A stretch of 64,000 nucleotides of DNA from Batkoa obscura (lineage: Eukaryota): assembly GCA_030770535.1 (NCBI GenBank), contig JASVEC010000029.1:186001-250000 (forward strand), given 5' to 3'. The notes under the pieces were generated by a model. It searched no databases. It was not told the origin of the DNA and saw only the letters and a list, made by a program, of their open reading frames with translations. This document shows positions 51,453 to 64,000 of this stretch, one piece after another. Numbering within the stretch: position 1 is the stretch's first letter; each line of letters starts with the position of its first letter. Both the position numbers and the translations under genes were made by a program.

Positions 51453-54400
51453 TTTTTAGCTCAGTTTACTTAAAGAGCGATAAATTAAAAAAAAAAATCA
51501 AAAATCAAAAATTGAGAATAAAAAAATCAAAAATTCCACTTGTGTTACCTTATATACTTTTTTGAAAGGGAAATAACTTAAAAATAATAAATTGAAATTT
51601 CATTAAGCTGAGATTCTTTGATCATTTAAGCAATAAATTACCTATTATCTATATTATCTTAATGTAAATGAACCTACTGATGACTTATAATCAAGTGGAT
51701 GAGCGTATATTTTACTCCCTAGGCTAATGATATATAAAAGTATCCTTAAAAAGGGACAAATAAGAGTAATAGCGCTCGGATATCTTTATATGTTAAGCTA
51801 TAGAAATTACTATTTTAAGGGTTCGCAAATACAAATCATTATCCGAAAACTTGTTTTATATAACTTATAATTAATGAGTGAATCACAAGGACCAATCTTT
51901 GTTAATAACATATCAGCTGAAATGGAATTTGCCAAATCATTAGTCAGCTATTAAAGTTTTTAATAAATTTGTTACCCTTTTGATTTAATTCATTTCAAAT
52001 GACATGGTATAATAGCAAATTATTCAAAAAAAGAGAATACTTCTATACGCATTTTTCGTAGGGTTTTTCCAAATTCAATAGTATGATTTGGGCGGAATCT
52101 GCTATTTCATATTAAGTTTATTATTATTTAAGAGCTCTCTTATCTATAGATTACTGATATCAGATGATCCCTTATCTAAATCTCAACAGTTTTAAAAATA
52201 GACGACCATTATTATAGAGTCAATACTATGAGTAATATTTTTATAATTAAAATATAATTATAACACATATAAAATAAAGTTTAGAATTTAAAAAACATAA
52301 AGTCAAAAGATGCTTTGAATTCCAATTACACAATATATTCAATATTTTAGAATATTCTTTACTAAATAACTTAATCCACTTATTTTTTTAGGAATAAGTG
52401 TTATAGGAATTAATCTAGATAATTTAGATTAGTTTTTTAATAAACCTTGAATATTAATTGGAGCAGCAAATGCTAAGATTTGATTAAATCCGAAAATCCT
52501 ATTCTTTTACCCACATTTATCAGTAAATTCAAAAATTGCTTATTATAAATTAAGGTAACTATGGAGATAGAATCAAGTGACATGTCGCTGCTATTTTGAA
52601 CTTCTTTCCTTATCTATAGTCTAACATAAAATTTTCAATAAAAAACTTATTAAATTTTGGTTAATACATGCTTATTTTTTATATGATACATGTATTCAAT
52701 TAAACTTATTTATACAATATACTGTGGTCAAAATTACGGTTAATAAATTTCATTTAAAATGTGATAATGAAATGTGTGTGGAGTAAATATTGAGATATAA
52801 CTCAAGGTTATAAGCAATATCATATTTAATAAGGTTTCTTTTTAATGACTAAACAAGATGACTCAGAGAATCTCGATCTTCAAATAAATGCCTTCTCGCT
52901 TAAAATAACCTTATATTTTGAAGCTTAGTGAAGATCCAATTATTTAAAGCTTTTATTTTGACTTTTTTCTAATTTTTTAAGCTTAAAACTACTGACATCA
53001 CTATAAATTAATATTTTCACGCACTAATAGATTTATATTAAGGTATCTTTATTTACATTCTTCCTATGCTATTTATAGCACTGTTGTTATAATATAAATA
53101 ACTCGTTATCAAACTTTAGGATTTTTATAGCGTTTATTTTCTATTACAATGTCGGGTGACTTCACTTATTACTAATCCAACTAATAAGTTATTATAGCGT
53201 TTTGGCTTGATTAGTTTACTATTCAAATAGGTAAAACTAAGATGAGATAATACACTTGGGATTATAAACTAAAATGATTAAACTAAAGGTAATAAAACAA
53301 AAACAGTTATTACTATTTTACTACTCCAAAATTAACTTTATTCACCCTTTCTATAAGTAAAACGTACAACTTTAGTTTTGTTTCTTAAATAGTATCAAAA
53401 TAGAAAATAGTATCAAAATAGAATAGTGAGATAAATAATTTCTCACTTTTTATTGGATAATCCGATTATGACCTATAGTTTTTGATGGGTAACTCTTTTT
53501 TTAGAATAAGTAATGTTGATAGATTGTTATTCTATTCAACCATAAAATATGGTGATAAAAGGATTCTATTCTATTTACCTTAACAAAACGTTATGGATCA
53601 CTTACAACGAATGGAAATTAACGTAGAATTAAACAAATATAAAAATTTTCTTAGCAAAATTTAATAGTATATTTATAATCAACTTTAGTGTTGAAATACG
53701 ATTATTACGATTTTGTACTTGAACTTTTTTAAATACCGCCAAAGATAAGCTAGAAAAATTATTAACAATATTCTCATAGAGAATCCCAATTTGGTAAATA
53801 AAGAAGAGTTATTTATAAATCAAAAAGATTGATCACATCAAAAGTTTTACTCACAAGGCGACAAATAAGGGGAACTATTATTTGATCTTCAATTTTTAAT
53901 TTTGCAGCAAAACACCATATTTTCGTATTTAGGAATTTACATTTCAATATAAATTCAGTTTTATTCTTCAAACTACATTAATAGTTAATACTGTTCTAAT
54001 ATTATACTAATATATTATGCTACATTAAAGATTAGAAACAAACTATAGTTTGTATAATATCAATATGTATAAGCATAATTTTCTATATTTCTTATATTAT
54101 TTAATTTAAAGTTATTTTATGAAGTAAAACAAAGCTGTCTGTTAGAAAATGATTTAATACATTAAAATTACCAATTGTAATTTCCAAAAAAGCATATTGC
54201 AGTTTCTCTGACTAAAAAAACCGGATAATGACAGCTTATTCTTGGGCGATAATGTTATAAAAGTCCGTAGTTTAATTTAGGATCCTTAAAGGAGAGCTTA
54301 TGTACTTTAATCCTTAAACCCTTTAATTTGAAATTTATTAACTAAAGCTTGACTATTAAACTTTAATGAAGCTAAAAAAATATAAAAATATATTTATACT

Positions 54401-55679
54401 CTTTTCTAATGTTAATAATTTATATTAAACTCTAATCTATTATTTCATAATGAATATACCCAACCAATTCTTTTTATTTAATGTAGAATTATAGCGTCAT
54501 AGCTAGAGCTTTTATGGCAAATGTTTTTATTCTTTAAGCTGAAGCATTGCTTTATATATATATTATCTTAAATTAAATTAAATTAAATTAAATTAAACTT
54601 TATACATTCTACCACTCATTTTTTTAATTCAAGATAATATATAAGAAAGACGAGGGTACAATAAAACTAATGTTTGTTTTTAAAATTATATACCTAACTA
54701 TTTATTTAGACTCAAAAGGCTTATCAAAAACGACAACCTCAATTAAAATTTTAAGCTAATAGATTAATATTGTTACGGTTTTCGATCAAGTTGTATTTTT
54801 TATTTGATCTTTATTCAAAAATAAACCAAGTTTTGAACCTCTGTTTGAAATTTATACCTGTTCTGTTAAACAGTCATTAAATTTTGGGATGTTGAACTAA
54901 TATAAAGAATTAATCCATAATAAAGCTTTAAAACAGCTATAGTATTCAAGATTGATTGTTTTTTTACTTTAGCATGCTACTATGATAAAAATACAAAGTC
55001 TATTACGTCTCGTCTTTCATTATAACATATATATTTTTTTAAAGTTTTTATAATTTTTTGTTAAAGGTTATATCTCCCGCATGAAACAGACAAACTCGAT
55101 CGTAACGAGTATTCTGTGATTAAGGAAGATTTTTGCCCTCTTACCTAAAGAAACAATATCTGCTGTCTTTATTATTATTTATATAAAAATGTTTATAAAG
55201 ACCTTTAGGGATTGTAGCAAAGTTTTAGTAATAGTAATGCAAAAATTGTGAGTAAAACCTGTTATTTTGAACTTGTGGGTTGATTATTTCCCTCAGTAAT
55301 TTTTTGTTCTTTTAATAATTAGACAATTCTGTGGGTTAGTTGGTTTTGTATTTCTCTCTTATGCTTTATTTACCACTATTAGGGTGGGCGGACTAAGTTA
55401 ATGTTTTAAATTTTAAATTTTTATCAACTCTACCCTCATTTAAATAGATAGGAATAGACGTTTTTATATTTTAAGTAAAAAAATTGAATTTAGTTTAATT
55501 TTATTTGCTAATAAAACGACCATTTTAAGATTGATGATAAAACCATATAAATTAAGAATAGTAGTAATGAAACAAAGTGAATGATCAGTAAAAAGTAAAT
55601 AATTTTATTTTTAATATACAAAGAAGAATACCAATTTACTATGGTGGTTAATTTATAGATAAATTTGAAGTAGACAAAG

Positions 55680-56114
55680 TTAAAATTGAAAGCATTTAGA
55701 TTTAAATTCTTTAGCTCTTCGAAGCTCTCCATGATTTTGATTTTTAATATGATAATTTAAATGATTTAAGGCTCCATATGATTTATTACAGTTTGGATAA
55801 CTACATTTGAACTTTCGGTTAATTTCATACGATTTCCTTCTCTTGCGATGACTATAAACTAATTTTATAGATTGATTATTATAAATTATCCTTCCTGCAG
55901 TAGATTGCTCATCATTAATAGATTTCAATACTACTGAAATAGATGGTAAGCGTATATTCGTAGAATGATAATGTGGAATGTACTCTAAAGGAGGTAATTT
56001 AAATGAAGGATCACTATAATTTAAATTATAAAAGTTCAAATCTAAGGAGAAGGATCTTTGGTCCATAATATAACTTAAACTATTGTTCCTAGTGCTACTA
56101 CTACTTTTTGACAT
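55680..56114 (-). CDS. CON7: Con7-like C2H2 transcription factor, paralog 4 (ATG at 56114)
   Basis: RKRRKSYEINRKFKCSYPNCNKSYGALNHLNYHIKNQNHGELRRAKEFK; FKLPPL and IRLPSISVVL motifs. The track start at 56132 is a TTG. Confidence 0.87.
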   Translation of the reverse strand: MSKSSSSTRNNSLSYIMDQRSFSLDLNFYNLNYSDPSFKLPPLEYIPHYHSTNIRLPSISVVLKSINDEQSTAGRIIYNNQSIKLVYSHRKRRKSYEINRKFKCSYPNCNKSYGALNHLNYHIKNQNHGELRRAKEFKSKCFQF

Positions 56115-57952
56115 CTTGATTGATAGAATCAATAACAGTAATCTGAAAGAGAAATATTATGGCATTCAAATCATTTATATACTTTTAGAGATCAATGCAT
56201 AGCTTAAATTAAATCGAATTTACAGTATATACCGATTTTTTTAAGTAGGCGCTCCTTATACTTGTTTCACTGTAGTAAGGGTGTCTATTTTATAAATATA
56301 AATAAATATTGAGAAGTACCTATTAAAATACTAAATTTGCTTTTATCTTATTCATGAACCACTCTTTTTAATTGCTTAGTTGCTATACTATTATTTTATC
56401 TATTTTAAAAATTTAATAAAAATATACTTTATTCTAATCACTATAAATTTTATTTTAGTCACTTCAATTTAAGCTAGAAATATTTAACTCTGACTTCAAA
56501 ATTTGTTAAAGTCTACTAAATACAAATTTAGTATAATATATATAATAGTAGCGTATTTCAAGTATATTAAAATCTAAGATAGATTTTTGTAAATGATTTA
56601 AAGATCTAAAAATTAAAACTAAAATTAAGCTTATAGTCAAGTTACTATTATTTAAATTAAATTATTTAATACTAAAATTGAACTAGACTTATTAAAATAG
56701 GCTTGGGCCAATGGCGAGCTAACTACATAGTATAAAAAGAATAGCATTTTTATGCAAAATTATTTTAGATTGGAGTTATGATAACTCAAATCATGGAAGT
56801 AAAATGATTGGGGAGTACCTTCTAACTACTTTTATAAAAGTTATTTAGCTTATTTATGCTAAAATTGATTCATAAAACGTAGATAAAGGTAAGCATTTTG
56901 TACTAGTTTAATAGCCTAAATTTTACAAAACAAAAGCTATTTAAAGCATTCAAAATCAATTGAAACGAAATTAACTTGAAATTTATATCTAAAACTCAAT
57001 ACTGTTATTTTATTATTATTAAACTACTTTTATTTATTTTAATGCAAATGATTCCTTAATCCAATAGCAGCAGATTAATACTATTTTTTCATAAATTGCA
57101 TTAATAAAAAATAAAGGATAAAGCTATAAATTAAGCTAATAAAGAAAGGTTTATTTTTAAATTAAACTAGATTTTACATTAAATATAGCCTCAAAATTAA
57201 AGATTTGCCGAAATAATTACTATAGTATAACACTGTCTATCTGTATACTACCGATCAAACTATTAAAACAGTAGGGATGCATAATATTTAATTTTCAGGC
57301 CAATATAACGGAGTAGGGTTTCTATTTAAATTGATTCACTTGTTAAAGGCTTTTGTCATCTTCACTATAATTTTACTTTTTTTAATATTAATAGGGTTGA
57401 TTGTTAAGGTTTTCAGGCTAAACTGTATTAAAGCCGAACTTAATTAAATTCTTTGTTAAATTATACTTAATGCCAGCACCTTTCCTGCAAGCCTTTGGTT
57501 GTTACAGCGATATTTGTAGTTTTACAATATTGTAACAATTATGTTATAATATTTGTCTGTATTTCAAACTATGAAAATTAAATAAAGATTAACAATTAAT
57601 TGTATTTAATAATAACATGTACTATTAAATAAATAATAGCTAAATAAATAAAATTATATTAAGAGCTACAAATGCTAGTTATAAAATTTTTGACTAATAA
57701 ATAACTAAAAATTAGACTAGCATAAAATCTCATTTAAATAAATTATGTTTTGTTACCTTTTAAAGTATGTTTGAGCTAAAATAGTCAGTTTGAAAAAAGT
57801 TACAAACACTAAATTTTATATTTCTATAAAATAACGTTTATATTTTTTGCATATTGATATACTCATATCATTGGATGAAATATAATTAAGCTAACTTTTA
57901 GAGTCACTAAAATATGTATTTAAGTTTTAGAGTTAATACTAAATATTGATTA

Positions 57953-58053
57953 TATGGGGTGTTTTTTTTGGTTTCATCACTTTCTGTTTCTTAAGTGCTA
58001 TTGACTGGAAAAATTGTTAGTAAAATTCTTAAACAAAAAAATACATCCTCATA
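57953..58053 (-). mobile_element. MITE family A copy 17
   Basis: tatggggtgttttttttggtttcatcac...aaacaaaaaaatacatcctcata. Confidence 0.87.
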
Positions 58054-59779
58054 TAATTAATATTTAGTTCATATTTTAATCGCTAGTAATTAGAATTTTT
58101 TTTTCTCATCCCATTCAATTTTCAAGTATTGTGCGTAAGATGTTAAAAAATTTTAAGGTAGTTTTTAGCTAAATTTAATTTGAGACTGCAAAATTTTAGA
58201 AAATATCAGTAAAAATAGAGTTAAGAACTTTCAATTATAGCAACAAGCGACTATATTTGATTTCCTTGCCCAACTGTTTTTCACATTATAATTTCACAAT
58301 AGTATATTATTAACCTTAAGTTTAAGAATTTTGTTATAATTATAAGACTATGATGATGGTTCAGCTATTTATATATAAAAGCCAATATTGGCTAATTATA
58401 ACTAGACTTTTATAACAATCAAAAGTAATAACAAATTATTTTAATACTATATAAACTCGAGTATTAGAAAAGAATTTAAAGAATACGCTTTTATTATTAT
58501 ATTTTATTTTTTAATAGGTATAGAATTCAAAACCCCATTTTTACATTATTTTATCTGAAAGTATTAATTATAATTATAAATTGTTATTAAATTTGCTTCT
58601 ATAGAAATTTATGTCATGTTTTTTGTATATCCTGTAACTATTAAAGTTTTTTCCTTTAAACCAAATGAGTGATTTTTGATATCTAATTTAGTATATTAAA
58701 TGTATGATCATAATAAATAGTTTCTAGTACAATTGTAAAAGTTAAAAGTCAACTAAAACAATACACACATTTATAGACAAAGTTCTACATAACTATTTTT
58801 AGACAATTTCTTTCATAAAAGATAAGAAAATGCTTTACTAGGAATTTATTCTTTATTTTTATACAAGAATAAACACCACTAGCTACTTTTGACACTTAAT
58901 TCTTTAAAGAGGGTTTAATCATGACTGTAAATCCTATTTTTTTAAATAATATCATACCAGACGATCTGGTTTAAATGGGCCATAATATGTTTTAAATGAT
59001 TGGTTTTATTATTTTATAATAAACGGTTTAATAATATTACTCGAGTTAAATAACAAGTAATTTTAAAACAAATAAACTTTTAAACGATTAAAAAACTATT
59101 CAAAATATGATCATTCAATCTATGTATAATAAAAAGAAACTAATAGTCTTATAAAGTTCTAAAGTTCTAATAGTTTTTTAAAAGAAAAATTACTTGTATA
59201 ATAAGCTTAATAAGTAATAAAACAACTTCAATAAGAGGTTGAATAAAAGCACACATTATATATATTTGATGAAATAATAGCTCCAACTTATTCTTAAAAA
59301 TTATTAAAAACCTCTAAAATTTAAACAGAATTAGATTATAAAGATTTGATTTTTTAAATCTTCGGATTTTATTTACAACACAATTTAGATTGCTAACTGT
59401 TACACAGAATATAGCTAATTCTAAAAATAAATTTAAAATTTCGAACCAAGGATCAACTTTTGGATACACTTTTTTATATATTGATTATAGTAAAAACTAT
59501 ACATTTTATTACTTCAATCTACACGATATGTATAGTCTACAAAGTTAGCCCATAAATTAAAATTCTAAATTAAATGTTATAATTTTAAATTATTATGGTT
59601 CCTTGAGATTTTAACTAAAAAACTCTAGCTCAATAATTGATAGTGAGTGATTTAACATTATCTATTAAAGCAATATTGTTATTCGTTGTAATAGAGTTTG
59701 GGTTTGAAGAGTGGTTTAATTATTTAATATATGCCTTAATATATACAAGGTTGTACTAAAAAGTATGACTCATAATAAA

Positions 59780-59930
59780 TGATGATGTGGTTAGATTGTC
59801 CGCAAATAACAAGGAAGAGAAGCTTTGAGCAAGTTACTCATTTTCCCTCCTCATTAATTTTTATTAATCCTATTTGCTAATAAACAACTTGGGGGCTTAG
59901 CCCTTCCAAGGATTTTTTGAGGCAATAGTG
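59780..59930 (+). mobile_element. Possible degraded LINE reverse-transcriptase-downstream fragment
   Basis: LFANKQLGGLALPRIF* resembles the L..P...GGLGLP motif of non-LTR ORF2; surrounded by stops. Confidence 0.35.
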
Positions 59931-62171
59931 AATAGATGGTAAAATGATTTCATAGCTTAATAGTTAGTTTAGTTTTTAAATAAAGAGGACACTATACTTT
60001 TAATGTACTTTATGCTTGTTCTGTAGCAATTCTCCAAACTACTTTATTGATAAGAGGCTATTCATTAGCAATGCATGTATTTCTAAATTAAATGAAAAAT
60101 TGATAAGATGAATAGAGTCAATAAAGTATAAGTGCACTAAAATTCTAACACTTTAAACAAGTTAAGCTACTATTCTTTATTTTACAAAAGTTAGCATCAT
60201 GTTTCTATGCTATAAAACTATAGACCCAACTGTGATATGCTAACAATATAAACTGATTTGGAAACTTAAGGTATATATAAGTTAGCCAATATTTAAAGCC
60301 CTTAACAATTATTTTCGAAGGCCTTGAATATATTTTATATTATTAAATATAATTTATTTATGTTAAGCACTCATTTTATTAACGAATAAATCACTTTTTT
60401 CAGTCACTAAAACCATAAATTTTTTTTTTCTACAAATATGTACTAGGCCTTTATAATAACTAATCAGCGAAAAAATAAATTTCTAAATTCAGTGTGAAAA
60501 GTGAGAAAAAACCTATTAAATTTTAAGTAATAAAGATATGTTTATTTTAAAAGCTACATTCATACATATATATTGCATTTTAAGTAAATTTTATAATCAA
60601 CAAAACATACTATTAGTAATAACCATCAAATTTAATGTAACGTAAAAGTATTAATAAAGGAATGCTAAAAGGGTGCTACTAGGAGCAAATTAAAGTGATG
60701 TTTGAATTTAATTAGCTAAAAAGTTCGGAATGCACCAAAAAGCATCTATGTCATCCTGTAATAGAAAATCTTAAAAAAATTCTAACTGCATATTGAAGTA
60801 AAACTATATTTAAGCTAAATATAAAATTCTTCGTAACTTATTATATTATTACAACATAAGACAAATCGATAGTATGCACCACTTTAGAGCAGTTTGCCAC
60901 TTTCTACTATAGTATCTGTACATAATAAATCAATACTCATTAAATGAAACGATGCTTTCAAAAGGATCTATTTTCTTGATCTATATTGTTTTTTCATTCA
61001 ATTTAAAATAAATGGTTCCTATTCTAGCTTAATACCCAATTAAATACATCCTCATTTTAAAGCAATGTAATTACCTTTTTACTATTTCAAGCAAATACAT
61101 ACTACTTATTTAGTTTGGCTTGTATATTTTAAATCTCTGTTAGTAAATTGCACAATTTCAAGGATTGTTGTTATTAATCGTTGCATTTAGATGTTCTCAT
61201 TTAATATCATTTATTCCGCCAAATAAATTAATAAATTACATACAAAATGGCTATTATTGAAATCGAACCAAACATAAAACAAAATCTACTATCAATGAAC
61301 TCCTTATATAACCTTTGAACTGTCATTTTATATATAGTTATAAACTTCTCTTTACTATCCCTTGGGCTTTACCTTGAGTATATTGATAAATTCAACTTAA
61401 TAGTTTACAACAAAAATAAAGATTTAGTAAATTATCTTAAAACTGTACCTTACAAGTGACATCTATTTACTGTTCTTTGAATTCTAGCTAAGCTAATTAA
61501 TTAACATTTCATGTGCTTTAAAGTAATTCAAAAGGTGCCTTTATTCTTTATATAGAAAGTGCTTAAGAGAGAAGTTCTTTTTTTGCATACTAAAGTTAAT
61601 AAGCATAGTTTTATTAATAGTATATGTTATTAATTACATATCATTGACCTTGGGATCCGTTTGAAATTTAACTTAATTGAAGACTATAGAGTTTAGGAAA
61701 TTATAGCTTAATGAAATGTGCGTCGTATTAGTAAAAATTCAAGAATAAGCTATTAAATTATCCATCAAACTATTTTGCTACATTTAGAAGGTCCTCAAAA
61801 GTAGATGCGACTTTTTTAGTAAGCAAAGACCAATTAACAAAGCTCAAAAAATGGAATTTGTATCCACGGGTTTAGACAACATTCTGTAATGAACTTTACC
61901 TTTAATTTAGTTATCTAAATATAATTTTATTCGCTCCTTATCAAAATAATTTTAAAAATAATTAAAGAATATTCATAAACAAAGCGTAAGAAGTTAGCAG
62001 GATGATTTAATCTATTCAAAAAATAGAAAGCTATTTTAAAAATATATAGGGAACATCAAAGTATATAAACTAAAGAAATTTCCTTAATTTTGAAAAGTTT
62101 AATACTTATCTCCCTAGACAAACATCCCCCTAATAAATAATATCATAATTTGTGTTTTTGTAAATAATCCA

Positions 62172-62744
62172 ATGTCTATCATTAATAACTCTATTCAAAA
62201 CAAAACTCCTGCTCCTATTGGATATGATATTGTGAGCTATAGCTTAAAATTTAAAAAAGAAAAGCACAACGCTTACTATGCTCCTACTCCTAACCCAAGC
62301 AGAAATGCTACTCCTACCGAAAACGGGGTCCTACCACCCATGAATTTTAATAATTATGCTCCAGATACAGCTTCTCTCCCATCATTATCTGACGTTATTA
62401 AACATATAAATAGTTATAACACATCAAGGACGAGGAGCGAAATATCTAGTAGCGAACTCACAACACCCAAAGATGGTTGTTCATCTACCTTTGAAGATCC
62501 TATGCATACAAAGAATGATAGGTTAATTATTAACCAAGTAAACAGCACCTTTAGTACGGTAGCTGGATTCCATCAAAAACGCCCACGTCGACTTTATTCA
62601 GAAGTCAAACGTATATATAAATGTGAGCATCCGGGCTGCACAAAAGCTTATGGGGCTCTAAATCATTTGAATTCACACATCTTAAATCAAAACCATGGCC
62701 AAAAAAGAAAAGCTTGTGAATTTTATCATTTAACTCGCCCCTAG
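62172..62744 (+). CDS. CON7: Con7-like C2H2 transcription factor, paralog 5
   Basis: QKRPRRLYSEVKRIYKCEHPGCTKAYGALNHLNSHILNQNHGQKRKACEF; VLPPM and SLPSLSDVI motifs. Confidence 0.9.
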   Translation: MSIINNSIQNKTPAPIGYDIVSYSLKFKKEKHNAYYAPTPNPSRNATPTENGVLPPMNFNNYAPDTASLPSLSDVIKHINSYNTSRTRSEISSSELTTPKDGCSSTFEDPMHTKNDRLIINQVNSTFSTVAGFHQKRPRRLYSEVKRIYKCEHPGCTKAYGALNHLNSHILNQNHGQKRKACEFYHLTRP

Positions 62745-64000
62745 ACATGTAATTTTTAGCATTAACTAGATATAGAGGTGGTTTGCTTGCCACTTACTTC
62801 TGTTTATTTAATAAATTGTATTTTGGTTCTCAAATAATTGATAATTTTGTATATTTTCTTTGAGTTTTCAAAATAATAGCAATATTACCGGGTTTTGATC
62901 CTCTATAGATAAAATGGTATAAGACTAAATATAAAAAACTACTTATAAAAGAATATATTTAATAAGGTCATTTTAATTTACAATTGGGGTAAGCTATTTT
63001 AAAAAATTAAAGTTTTTTATTGATATTTATTAAATATCTAAATTAAGTTTTAAGAAAAATCCTTGTTCCAAAATAACAAATCACAGTTAATCCTTTCGTT
63101 TTTATTAAAAAAATATTCAAGTCACTTCAAGTTAATTTTGAGTTATTTGTTTTGTTTCAGAAAATGGCACTTTGGCTAATCATTGGTTTGAACAAAAATC
63201 GGCAAATGATATTTGAAAGCACTTAGTATAAGATTGCAAAATTTAAAATAGCAATTAGTTTAAACTATTTCCTTTAACCTAAATTCATGTTTTAATAATG
63301 GCTTTAATATTATATAATGATCATGAATGATAAATGTGGCGCTTTTTCAGTAGCAAAATTTTAAGAAATCGATTTAGGGTATATCATTCTTTTGAATATA
63401 AAAAATACTTATTTATAAGCAAGATTCTATTTTAGTAAGGTGTCAATGTTATGAAGTAAAACTCATACCTTGAATCGGTTAAATTTGTTAGTCGGTACAT
63501 TATTTATAAGTGCTTGGATTTAAAATTGAGTAAAATTGAGATTATAGTTTTAAAATTAAATAAATTTAGTTTTTATCAATTTAATTAAAAAATAAAATAC
63601 TATATTGCATAAATTGAGTCTCTTTTACTCTAGAATCAATCTCTTAATCGGCAATAAAATTTATATGACATCTCGGTCCAATAAATAAAGCTTTACGATC
63701 TATAATACAATTCCCCAGATGTATTATAACTCCTTTTTACTAAATGATAAAAGGTTGTTTTAAAAAAGAAAAATAACACCCACCTTTTAAAATACCCTTC
63801 GTTTCTTAGTATATATATGGTATCAATACATTTAATACTATTTAAGTATGTTTTAGGGTTTAATAAAAAAAAATGGAAATATATTAAAGTAATAAATTAG
63901 GTGATTTATATTCTAGATATACATATTATATCGATTGCTAACAAATGTTACGAAGTATATTTTTGTTGACTAATATATGTATTTATATTGAACATCAAAG

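Noticed and set aside
42756..53425. Short tandem duplications (18-bp at ~42756-42797 and ~53390-53425; also 12-bp x3 at ~42223 and 10-bp x3 at ~14491) and intronic (ATT)n/(ATAAT)n tracts
   Set aside because: Ordinary slippage repeats in AT-rich DNA.

Overview
Very AT-rich eukaryotic (fungal) DNA with short GT-AG introns. The style suggests an early-diverging fungus such as the Entomophthoromycotina, but that is inference, not proof. The window has two compartments. (1) About 1-3.6 kb and 12.7-29.4 kb are compact, intron-rich housekeeping genes: an F-BAR protein, JMJD6, PRELI/UPS2, SRP72, two tRNA-Gln(TTG), a MYST acetyltransferase, an O-methyltransferase, FCP1, a spliced 76-aa PIGBOS1-like microprotein missed by the ORF track, and glucosidase II beta. 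(2) About 3.8-12 kb and 30-64 kb are gene-sparse and intronless: a kelch/TM gene, an F-box gene, two paralogous pseudogenes, three tandem GPI-anchored Ser/Thr-rich surface proteins, and an array of five paralogous single-finger Con7-like C2H2 transcription factors separated by 4-7.5 kb spacers. The five factors share LPP/LPS motifs and an almost identical recognition helix, and four share an AAAGTATATAA core promoter. A ~105-bp TA-flanked MITE occurs 17 times; two other TIR elements and degraded LINE-like remnants are present, and the repeats show recurrent C>T/G>A (often CpA>TpA) decay. All alignments and exon calls were made by eye.
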